Positions 35,701-45,972 of a stretch of DNA of 64,000 nucleotides are shown here, piece after piece. Position numbers and translations under genes: made by a program. This DNA is from Phyllobates terribilis (taxonomy: Eukaryota). The stretch lies in NCBI RefSeq assembly GCF_046119375.1, contig NW_027362767.1, positions 421,166,001 through 421,230,000 on the forward strand, written 5' to 3'. Under the pieces are notes generated by a model. It did no database searches. It was not told where the DNA came from and saw only the letters and a program-made list of their open reading frames with translations. Within the stretch, counting starts at the first letter, position 1. Every line of letters starts with the position of its first letter.

Positions 35701-35870
35701 TTCCAGGAACGACACTAAGGAGATGTTCCAGGAACGACACCAAGGAGATGCTCCAGGAACGACACTAAGGAGATGCTCCAGGAACGACACTAAGGAGATG
35801 CTCCAGGAACGACACTAAGGAGATGCTCCCGGAACGACACTAAGAAGATGCTCCAGGAACGACACTAAGA
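32780..35870. repeat. 25/27-bp minisatellite (~90 copies) split by a MITE
   Basis: Left units CTAAGAAGATGCCCC(AT)AGGAAC(G/T)AC(A/C); right units GACACTAAGGAGATGCTCCAGGAAC. Confidence 0.96.
33303..34089. mobile_element. Harbinger-like MITE (family of 28124-28968) inside the 25-bp array; right TIR clipped
   Basis: Starts GGCTGCGTGCACACAATGCG and ends GCATCGTGGGCACAG; shares CACTATATAAAT..GCATGGATTTATATAGTGTGACC..GTTGTCAAGCACTTTCCAAGTGATGCTA with the first copy. Confidence 0.88.
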
Positions 35871-36202
35871 CGTCGTGTGCTCATGTCCTTTAGTGCAAGT
35901 CCCTAAGTCTTCATAAAACAATATATAAAATAAAAAATGAGTTATATTTACCCCAAATAATGCTAAAACCTCTAATTTCTCATATCTGTGCTTAATAGAA
36001 AAATATAAAAACGTTTTTGATCTCAAAATACAGAAACACAAATATACACTATATTTTTTTATAGAACTTTTTCACTTGCTAAATCGTAAAAAGTACAAAA
36101 CGAATATATATTGCAGTAATTATACTGACACATATTAGGGGTATTATTTATACCGCAGGACATGGCATATGGACAAAACCACCATAACAAGAATGCTGTT
36201 AA

Positions 36203-37286
36203 CCCCTTCACTACCTTTTGATTTTAGGTTTTCATTTTTTTCTTCCCAGAGCCATAACTTTTTTATTTTTCCTTCAATATGGCTGTGTAAGGACTTGTTT
36301 TTCCGGGACGAGTTGTACCTTTGATTGACGCCATTGATTTTACCATATCGTGTACGGGAAAATGAGAATAAAATTCCAAGTGCGGTGAAATTGCAAAAAA
36401 AAGTGCAATTCCACAATTGTTTTTTGTTTTGTTTTTGTATAGGTTCTTTTTTATTTAATTGGTGAAAAAAAAAATCCAAAATTTGTGAGAAACAAATATT
36501 TCACTTTTGTCGCCATTTTCTGAGACCCGTAGCTATTCCGTTTCTCAAGATCTGGGGTCGGGTGAGGGATTATTTTTTGCGCCGAGCTGACGTTTTTATT
36601 GCTACCATTTTGGGGTAGATACAATGTTTTGATCGCCTGTTATTGCAGTGTTGCGGTGGCCAAAAGCATTCTAGAATTCTGACATTTTGATATTTTTCTC
36701 GTTATGCCGTTTACCGATTGGAATAATTTACTTTATTTTTTGATAGCTCGGGCGATTCTGAACAAGGCGATACCAAATGTATTTTTTATTTATTTTTTTT
36801 CAGTGAGGGGGGCAATTTTGAAGTTTTATGGTTTTTTTTCATATTTTTAAAAACTTTTTTTTCACACTTTGCACTGTCTTCAATAGTCTCCTCAGGGGAC
36901 CTGAAGCTGCGATCGTCCGATCACTTGTGCTACACATAGCAGGGCTTCAGCACTGCTATGTATAGCAGAAATCATCATTTCCTGTGAACGCCAGCCACGA
37001 GCCGCCATTCACAGGAGTATCGTGATAACAGGCACAGGGGTCTTCTGCAGAACCCCAGCTGTCATGACAATCCATAGGCGCCCCGTGATCACGTGACGGG
37101 TGCTAACGGGCGAGACTTGTGAGGCGTTTCCGGCTGGACACCTGGATTTAACACGTTAACAGGCCCTTGATGATTAAATCAGCCATCGAGTGCGGAGAAA
37201 GATGTATGTTCAGTGTCGGAGCCCACATCAAAGATAGGGATACGACCTTATACATATATAAATATACATCAAAGGTCATGAAGGGG
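36203..37286. mobile_element. Non-autonomous TTAA-target element (~1.08 kb)
   Basis: TTAA-CCCCTTCA ... TGAAGGGG-TTAA; related copies at 40125-40661 and ~51211-52260. Confidence 0.85.
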
Positions 37287-37598
37287 TTAAAGATAAAGAG
37301 TTATAAACTCACGTATACCCATAAAAGATGCTGTTAGGGTGATAATTTGTATTTTTGTGCTTCTGTCCAGCAGATCCTAATCATCCAGTCCAGTTGACGT
37401 TCTGCAAAGTTGGAGAAGAGCAAGGTTGTATAATTAAGAAGCCCATGGAAAAAGCAAGGAAAAGAGCTTCCATAGAAACTTCCCTAAAAACATCAACTGA
37501 ATTGAAGAAGTCGAAATCCATTGATTCGTTGTTGCCCGCATTCTCCACCATTTGTGGTGGGAAGTGTCCTGACGAGGACAACCTTTGTAAGACTGACC

Positions 37599-38789
37599 AT
37601 GGAAGCAGAAGTAATGGGAGAGTCTAGCGAAACTAAAAAAGAACTCACTTGGAGTGATGCAGACTGTGTTAGTAAGGAAAGCCCCGGTTGTATTGTCAGT
37701 GAAACCATAGAAGATCCGTCAACAGCATTCCATAAAGTTGACGATAATCCTGAAGAAACTCGGGCGGGTTTGTTTACTGAACAGATCCATACAACAGTGA
37801 AGACTGGACTTCAGAAAACTATAAAAGAAGAGAAAAGTGACCAGGAAGAAAACCCCGAAGAGACCAAAGTTACCAAAAAAAAGCAAAACCAGCAACCAAG
37901 GTCCTACACCTGTGCGTGTGGTAAAAGCTACTCCAGCAGCTCTCATCTCCACAGACACCAGAAGACTCACGTAGGGAATCAGGAGATGAATAGTGGTCGT
38001 GCTGTTGGAGAACGTGATGAAGTGAAGGTTACAAGTGAAAAATCTTTTCCATGCGTCTGTGGGAAGAGCTACACCACCATTTCTCATCTCCACCAACATC
38101 AGATGACATGCCAAGCTGGTTCGTTGGCCAACCTTGAGTCTGAGCATAAAGAAGGTCGATTGAAACCATATCTCTGCGCTTGTGGGAAACGTTACACGTG
38201 CAGCTCTCATCTCTACAGACATCAGAGATCTCACTTAGAAGGACCTAAGCAAAGTGTCAGTCCTTACATATGTGATTGTGGGAAGCCGTTCAGCAGGATG
38301 TCACATCTGAATCGGCACCAGAAGACCCATACCCTACAGAAGGTCCAGATAGAAGAACGTGGAGGTGACTCTGTGGAGGACACAGAGCTGGAGACTCAGG
38401 GGAGGATGAAGCCATACGTATGCACGTGTGGGAAAAGCTACACGTCCAGTTCTCATCTCTACCGACATCAAAGGACTCACCAAGATATCTCTGCAAGCTC
38501 AAGTTCTCGGGCTAGAGACAGTAATCTGGAGAAACCTTACAAATGTGAGTGCGGTAAAAGTTACACCTGCTCGTCCCACCTGTATAGACACCAGAGAACG
38601 CATAAGACGCAGGAGCTTCTTGTCAATGATCTCGACGGTAACAGTGATGTCCTCTTTGAGGAATCTGGAGATAAGCCTTACCAGTGCGAGTGTGGGAAAA
38701 GCTTCATACTGTGGTTTTCACTGATGGTACACAAAAGGGTTCATTGTAAAGTCCAGCGTCAGTCCTCCGCAGGGCAGGAATGTTCTTGA
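37599..38789 (+). CDS. ZNF-B: 396-aa protein with 7 dispersed non-canonical C-x1-C zinc fingers (six C2H2, one C2HC)
   Basis: Acceptor ttctgtccag|CAG at 37370/71; ATG in ACCATGG context at 37599; fingers YTCACGKSY, FPCVCGKSY, YLCACGKRY, YICDCGKPF, YVCTCGKSY, YKCECGKSY, YQCECGKSF; TGA 38787-89. The true N-terminus is uncertain (see findings). Confidence 0.9.
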   Translation: MEAEVMGESSETKKELTWSDADCVSKESPGCIVSETIEDPSTAFHKVDDNPEETRAGLFTEQIHTTVKTGLQKTIKEEKSDQEENPEETKVTKKKQNQQPRSYTCACGKSYSSSSHLHRHQKTHVGNQEMNSGRAVGERDEVKVTSEKSFPCVCGKSYTTISHLHQHQMTCQAGSLANLESEHKEGRLKPYLCACGKRYTCSSHLYRHQRSHLEGPKQSVSPYICDCGKPFSRMSHLNRHQKTHTLQKVQIEERGGDSVEDTELETQGRMKPYVCTCGKSYTSSSHLYRHQRTHQDISASSSSRARDSNLEKPYKCECGKSYTCSSHLYRHQRTHKTQELLVNDLDGNSDVLFEESGDKPYQCECGKSFILWFSLMVHKRVHCKVQRQSSAGQECS

Positions 38790-40124
38790 TTCCAGACTCT
38801 TCCATAACCAGGTCGTACAAACTTTTCTGTCCGGGAAAACATCAGTCCATTACTTTGATGACGTTTAAGGATCTGAAAGTTTTGAAGATGGGAAGATCTG
38901 GATGGCACAAATGCCCAGATATGGGGCAGTACTGTAAGGAACAAGATGGGGATGAGGATGATCGTAGCACTCACCTGTAGGGGTTGTATAAGGAAACAAC
39001 ACCTGTAGGGGTTGTATAAGGAAACAACACCTGTAGAAGCCTGATGTGCCCTAGCTGAAGCCCCATGGCTGGAGAAGAGTGTTGTTCAGATTGCAGTTTG
39101 GCAAAGTGGAGATATCCCGATGTGCGGGCTACACTCACAGAATTGGAAGAGATCCGGAGAGTATAAGCAAGGTTTTCTATTTAACCAATGCGTTTCGGTG
39201 CCTTTCTCAAGGGGAAATAACAAATATTTGGGTTTTTTATCTTGAGAAAGTCACCGAAAAGCGTTGGTGTGAATAGAAAGCCTTGCTTCTACTGTCCAGA
39301 TCTCGTCCTTTCCATGAGCGCAGCCCGCACATCGTGATGATCTCTGCTTTGCCAGAAACCTTTCAAGATGGCATATAAATGTCCCGGACGTAATAATGGG
39401 ACGATAACTGATCATGTTACGGTTTTATTATAATTCTATCATGAACGAGAGAGGATTCATTTTTTGTTCTCGTGTACAGGAAACCAGTTGTTATGTACCC
39501 TCATTCTGGACTAGAAAATAAGGGAGTCTTTTATTAGGGGGGAATCTGTGGAGGAGCCATAAGTAACATCTCTTGTTCTGGAGGACCCGGTATGTCTGGC
39601 AATACACTGATAGTCCACACATTTCAATGTAAACTGTGTAATTCTTCATTTCGGCTGTGGAGGCGCTGTGGGACAATTACGCCCCTGATCAGGCGATCGC
39701 TGGAGGTCCCAGCGGCTGGACACCATACAATGCCATAATATTGTGCTGTCCGTTGATGGGGGTTTTTTTTCCGCTAAATTCTTCCATCATCGCCACGTGA
39801 TTCATGAATTTTGCGCGAAATAAAAATTTTTTTTTTAAAAAAAAATTTGTGCAAAAAAATTCCAGGGTAGGCGGAGGGGAGACTGAGGGAAAAAATGAGC
39901 GACTTAAAAAGGTCATAATTGATAGTTCAGACAAAAACATTTGGGGAAAACAAAAACCTCGCCCGCATCGATGAACGTCCAAAATTCAGGAAAGCAAATA
40001 TAAAATAGACTTAAAAAAAAATTAAAAAGGCGAAAAATATCAAAAACTAGACAAAAGGTGCAAATGCAATAATGAATCGGGGCCCATAGTTTCAGTTTTT
40101 CACATTTTTAGTAGTTTTTTTTAA

Positions 40125-40661
40125 CCCCTTCAAAACCTTTGATGTATAGCCGGAAGGCACTTCACAAATCCTGCTCGTGTGATCGCGGGGGGCCGATGGG
40201 CTGTCATGACAGATTAAAGTCTCTTAAGGGGACTATTATATGAAGTAAAAAAAAAATATATGAAAAAAATAAAATTATTGCACTTTTTTTTTTTCTTACA
40301 AATTTCAGAATTTATTTTTTCACCGCTTAAAATAAAAAAAATAAAATAAACCTATTCATGTTTGGTATCTGCGTAATCGTACCGAGCTGGAGAATCATAA
40401 TGGCAGGTCAGTTTTACCATATAGTGAACGTGGTAACATAAAAAAAAAAATACAAAGAACTATTGTGGAATTGCACTTTTTTTTTGCAATTTCAACGCAC
40501 TTGGATTTTTTTTCCCCCCGTCCAACTCATCCCGCAAAAAAAAAAGCAAACCTTCATACAGCTATGTGGATGGAAAAATAAATAAGTACTGGCTCTAGGA
40601 AGAAGGGGGGGGGGGTAAAAGGAAAGCGCAAAAATGGAAAAATCGCAAGGTGGTGAAGGGG
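40125..40661. mobile_element. Internally deleted TTAA-target element
   Basis: TTAA-CCCCTTCA ... TGAAGGGG-TTAA at 40121-24 and 40662-65. Confidence 0.8.
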
Positions 40662-41949
40662 TTAAAGGGCCAATGTTGGATTTTAGTGCTCCTCCCAATA
40701 GGTGGCACTAGAGAGCCTCTCCTTTTCCTTCATACTTGAGTGTTCAGAACATGAGAGAATACACTGTAATGTTCATATGCCCCCTCCCCCATAGGAAATT
40801 GGAGGTACGACAGGACCCCTATATTGGAGACCATTATAAGCCGTCCCCCAATGATAAAGTAGAGCTCTACCTTAAACCGAGAATGTGGGGGTTCACATAC
40901 TATAATCCCATTCAGACACATAGAGTTAGATGTGGTCACAGCCATAGGAAAACCCCGGCTGCTCACAGTCAGCACCGCACATTGATGCAGGAGCCAGACG
41001 CCGCCCCCTGGTGGACATTTAGGCTACACTGCTTCGTAAGGAAGGATGGAGGCAGAGGTCAGACCGCCACTTGTAAGGTGAGGAACATACTCATCGCTTT
41101 ATTTAGGGGAATACCTCTTTAATTTTTATTTAAAGGGATACCCTATTATAAAAATTCACCTTTGGGCACAGTTTTTTTTTTTTTTAACTGAAGGGGATGG
41201 ATTTTGGCCTAAAAAATCATTTTGCAATTGAGTTTCATTAATAATATTGCACCTCCGGCCTCTGTGCTGCACTGAGTGTCTATTGCTGGCTGCAGGATGA
41301 GTTAACTGAGAATTCATCAGCGAGCTCATTCCAATGGGAAGATTATGACCATTATATCTGTCTTTTTCTGAGCTTCTCGCCGCTGATTTATGACCAAAGT
41401 TGAATGTGCAGGAAACAAAGAGCCTGGAAAAGCCAAACGGCGCAAAAGGTTCAACGAAACCCAATTGCAAAAGATGTTTTTTAGCCCCAAATGCATCAAT
41501 GTAAGCAAAAAAATGTCCTCCAAAGGTGCACTTTACCTTTAAGCTTAAAGGGGTTGTCCACTATTTAACTACCCATCATTAACAGCCACAAGGTGCTACA
41601 TAAATCAATAGGTATACATTACTTATAGACTGGCGCTGCTCCTGCCAATCACATGACCACTGCAGACAATCATCGGCTGCAGTGGTCACATAACGTTCCC
41701 TCTTTAATAGAGGGTCTACGCTGGTCCGGTAGTTTTGATTTTGTTTTTTACTACCCTGGGCCTATTAATCCTTTATAAGGAGTGGACAGCCTCTCTAATA
41801 CCCCGTATTCAAGGACAGGTTTTCAGCCACTGGTGTTGTAAAAACTGTTTCCAGTCACTTAACAGCAAGCAGAAGACCAGACAATGGGGAGCACAGCTGT
41901 CAGGACCACGGCTGGGAATCGATCGCTGCCGCAGAACTATATATCCCAA

Positions 41950-42400
41950 CAGGCAGCCAATCAAAGCTCTAATACCACTGTGGAATCTTGGGATTTGTAG
42001 TCCAGTCACTGTTGTAACCAAGCCTTCAATAAGTGACGTAGAACTACACGGCCCGACGCGCACAGGGCGAAAGAAAATAGCCAATCAACGATGAGAAGCC
42101 GCTTAGAACGCCGGGAATTGTAGTTCATCGCTCGATACATACTAATGATCATCGCTCAGCATAGAACTACATATCCCGTGTTTATATGAATGGACGGAAA
42201 TTAAAGGCGCGGAAGCCCCGCAGTGAATGTCGGGAGTTGTAGTTTAGGAGAGAACGCGATTGCCCGTTGGAATATCAGGGAACAACTACTAGTCCCAGAA
42301 AGCTTTTCGGAGGCGTTAAATAAAGAGCCAATAGGAGTGTGAGAGTCGGCAAGCCCGCCCACTCACATGGTCGGAGAAGGTAGGAGCTTTGTGCTTGGGC
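41950..42400. promoter_or_regulatory. CpG-rich promoter with clustered ZNF143/SBS-type and CCAAT motifs; probable promoter of ZNF-C
   Basis: ACTACA-N2/3-TCCC motifs at ~41991(-), 42112(-), 42165(+), 42231(-), 42284(+); CCAAT at ~41956, 42082, 42328; donor AAG|GTAGGA at 42380. Confidence 0.72.
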
Positions 42401-43204
42401 TGGAAAGTGTTTACATGTGAGCGGAGACGGGAGGGCGCGCTGGCGTTATATACAGGGGCGGCAGGAGGTCGGCGCGGACTGATGTGCCCGATCTATGGGG
42501 AGAGCTGAGAAATGGGCTTGTTGCCCGTAGCAACCGGAATCAGGCTGCTGATTGGTTGCTACGTGCAAGGTCTCCCTTTCAAATTTGCATATATGAATGG
42601 GGTGCACTTATTTATTTATTTTTTTTTTTACTTGAGAGTCACAATGTGACGTCTGTACGAGGAGAAACGCTCCAAATCGCCCTTCGTTACCTTGTGTTTA
42701 AGATGGAAACTCGCAGATTGGTGGAAAATGTGCGCGAAGCCTCTGAGCGGCGGCCGGTGCAGCGGGGGGATAAGTTATTAGAGATGTATAAAAGTAGCTT
42801 ACCCGCGCCCCCATTATACAAGAATAAAAGCTGGTGTCCACCGATCTGGAAGAAAGGACGGAAAAAGTCCAATCGTCAACGCTACAAGATGAAGCGATAT
42901 CAAAGTATTTGGTAAAGAAGAAAAAAATCGTAATGTCAGGAATTAATAATAATAATAGTCATAATCTTGTATCCAACCCAAAGTGGGAGCAATGAAAACG
43001 ACATCTCGCCCTGCAGAAAAGTTCCATCACATCTGATAACACGGTGACAAGAAGCACATTGATATTTTTTTTTTAAACGCAAAAATAATAATCTAAACAT
43101 GTTTGGTATCACGGTACCCGTACTGGCCACGAGGATCGTGACGAAAGGTCCAACACCACGAACGAACTCTGGGTAACAAAAAAACTGGAGGAATTGTGGC
43201 TTTT

Positions 43205-43206
<2 letters not shown>

Positions 43207-43246
<40 letters not shown>
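43207..43246. repeat. (TG)n microsatellite
   Basis: About 20 TG units. Confidence 0.98.
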
Positions 43247-43247
<1 letters not shown>

Positions 43248-43269
43248 AAGTGAAACTTATATTGTATTA

Positions 43270-44379
43270 CCGTATTTTTCGGACTATAAGACCCACCTAG
43301 GTTTTAGAGGAGGAAAATAATAATAAAAAAAAAAAAAATGTAAGCAAAAAATGTGGTCATGATGCACTTTTAAGGGGGAGGGGGTCTTCTGCTGACACTG
43401 GTATAAGGGTAATGTCCTCCAATTCTGACAATATCCCCCATCCTGGTATATATGCCCCCCCCCCCTCCTTCCTTTAATACGTGGTCCTCATCCTTATCCT
43501 GGTATGCATGGCTCCCCTCATCCTTATCCTGGTATGCATGGCACAGTAATCCCCAATCCTGGTATGCATGGCACCCCTCATCTTTATCCTGGTATGCATT
43601 GCACCCCTCATCTTTATCCTGGTATGCATGGCACCCCTAATCCCTGTCCTGGTATGCATGGCACAGTAATCCCCATCCTGGTATGCATGGCACCCCTCAT
43701 CTTTATCCTGGTATGCATGGCACCCCTCATCTTTATCCTGGTATGCATGGCACCCCTCATCTTTTTCCTGGTATGCATGGCACCCCTAATCCCAGTCCTG
43801 GTATGCGTGGCACACCTAATCCCCATCAAGATGCACATACAAAAAAAAAAAATAAACACTCCTACTCACCTCTCTTCTCTCCTCCAGCGCTGCGTCCTGT
43901 CTGCCTGCACTGATCTGTCCATGTGAGCCGCGCATGACATCACTGCCATGCGCGGCTCACAAGTAGAGATCAGCTGTCGGAAGTCACTGCTCCCCACGCC
44001 GGGACTGTGTGTGCGGGGAGCAGTGACTTCACTCTCCTTCATAGCCTGTACACAGCGGCTCCTGCTGCTGCCGACTACCTCTCGTGCCCGCTCATTAAAG
44101 GGCATGAATATTCACCCCTCTCCACTCCCATGGGCGTGGAGAGAGGTTGAATATTCATGCCCTTTAACAGCGGGCACACGCGATTCCGGCAGCAGCAGGA
44201 GTTGCGCTTCGCTCTGCTGTGTGCTGCTATTAAGGAGCATGAATATTCAGTGCTCCCGACGCCCAATGGGCGTGGGGAGCAGTGAATATTCATTTTCTTT
44301 AGCAGCGGGGACAGTGTAGGCTGCAGGGTAGCTGCTGCCTCCTGTGCCCCGCTCCTCCACCGCTACTGCTCCCCCCCAC

Positions 44380-44464
<85 letters not shown>

Positions 44465-44562
44465 TCCCCCCCCCCCCCAACATTCGGACTATAAGACGCA
44501 CCCCCCATTTTCCTCCAAAATTTTGGAGGAGTAAAGTGCGTCTTATGGTCCGAAAAATACGG
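43270..44562. mobile_element. Non-autonomous TA-target (Tc1/mariner-pogo type) element, 1.29 kb, holding a 30-bp tandem repeat and (TA)n
   Basis: TA-CCGTATTTTTCGGACTATAAGAC ... GTCTTATGGTCCGAAAAATACGG-TA; internal ATCCTGGTATGCATGGCACCCCTCATCTTT repeats ~43490-43830; (TA)n ~44385-44455. Confidence 0.9.
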
Positions 44563-44579
44563 TAAGTCATTACAAACAG

Positions 44580-45130
44580 AGTGATCTATTGAAAGTGTTT
44601 ATATTTCTGTTAATGTTGATGATTATGGCTTACAGCCAATGAAAACACAAAAGTCATTATCTCAGTAAATTAGAATAATTAACAAAAAACACCTGCATAG
44701 GCTTCCTAAGCGTTTAAAAAGGTCCCTTGGTCTGTTTCAGTAGACTTCACAATCACGGTGAAGACTGCTGACTTGACAGATGTCCAGAAGGCAGTCATTG
44801 ACACACTCCACAAGGTCCCAGAGTCTGAAGGAAGAGTGGAGAGGCCACAATCCAAGCTGCTGGAGGTCTTTTTGATGATATTCTAATTTAGTGAGAGGCA
44901 CTTAGATGTATGTATAATATATAGATATATATATATATCTATAGTTTCCATACACTATGAGAAGACACATGTGCATGTATTTATGTATTTCTCAATATCT
45001 GACATGAAATCAGAATAAACCTTTCAGTAAGTAATAAAAATGCCTTAACCCTTCTCTCTCTCTCTCTCTCATTATTCTGGCATTTGGGAAATCATAAACA
45101 TTCTGGTAATCCTCATGGACCTAAAGCGGG
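44580..45130. mobile_element. Mosaic of degraded Tc1-like fragments
   Basis: Relic transposase start (KTADLTDVQKAVIDTLHK) at ~44755-44815 and TIR-like remnants. Confidence 0.6.
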
Positions 45131-45972
45131 AAAGGTTTCTTCTGATCTCATGTCAGATCCTGAGCCAGGCCTGCAGATGTGTCTTCTTATATAGTGTCAC
45201 CATTTCACCTTATTTGGATCTTTTTTCCCACTTTTCAGTTCGTTATCGTTCACAACTTCAACTTGTCCCACAAAAAAAAAAAATCCAAGCCCTAGTACGA
45301 CTCTGGGGACAGAAAAATAAAAAGTCATGTCTCTGAAGAAAGGGAGAACAAAAGCCACCGTGATAAACGTTTGCATCCTGACTGGGTCGGAAGGGCTGAC
45401 CCGTCCTGTCCACGCTCCGGCAGATTTCTTACATCCGGCTCCGTTCTCCTCCTCTCGTGTTTTCATCCTTTTCTCCAGAATATCCGGTTCTTACCTCCTC
45501 CATGCACCCCCCCCCCCCCCATGAGAGCTGGAGGGTGGCGCACCGGGGCTGAGTCCCTAAATAGCGGAAGCTGAGCACCAAGGATGGGGCGCAGACCCCA
45601 ACCTCTGGAACATGGGGGGGGGGGGGGGGGGGTCCCAGCGATCATCATTACATTGTGTATAGGGGATAACTTGATTGATTTTTTTTTTTTTTTTTTTTTT
45701 TTTTGTAGTATGAAGTCCCCAGTTGCCCCCTCCCCCACCTTCCTAACCCCCTCAATTCCTACATCTATCGTTCACATCACCCACCACTTCTGCCAGTCAG
45801 TGGTGATGATGACCTCTGTGGCCAGTGATTGGCTGCAGCGTTCCTGTGACGTGAGGGATGAGGAGAGACCCCTCCTGTAACTGCCCCCGACAGACCCTCG
45901 TCTACAGCTACGTCCTCTTCTCTTTCCAGGGCGGTGAACATTCGGAGACGGATCCATGTGTATGAGGAGACG

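Noticed and set aside
26814-35870. Repetitive ORFs and CRISPR-like periodicity in the 27-, 33- and 25-bp arrays
   Set aside because: Units are directly adjacent with no unique spacers, there are no cas genes, and the context is eukaryotic.
41700-42300. snRNA or tRNA-Sec gene next to the ZNF143 motif cluster
   Set aside because: No recognisable snRNA/tRNA body, PSE or 3' box by eye; an Rfam scan would be needed.
42367-42379. ATG in the putative ZNF-C exon 1 as the true start
   Set aside because: Splicing to 45930 gives a stop after 6 codons (MVGEGR*).
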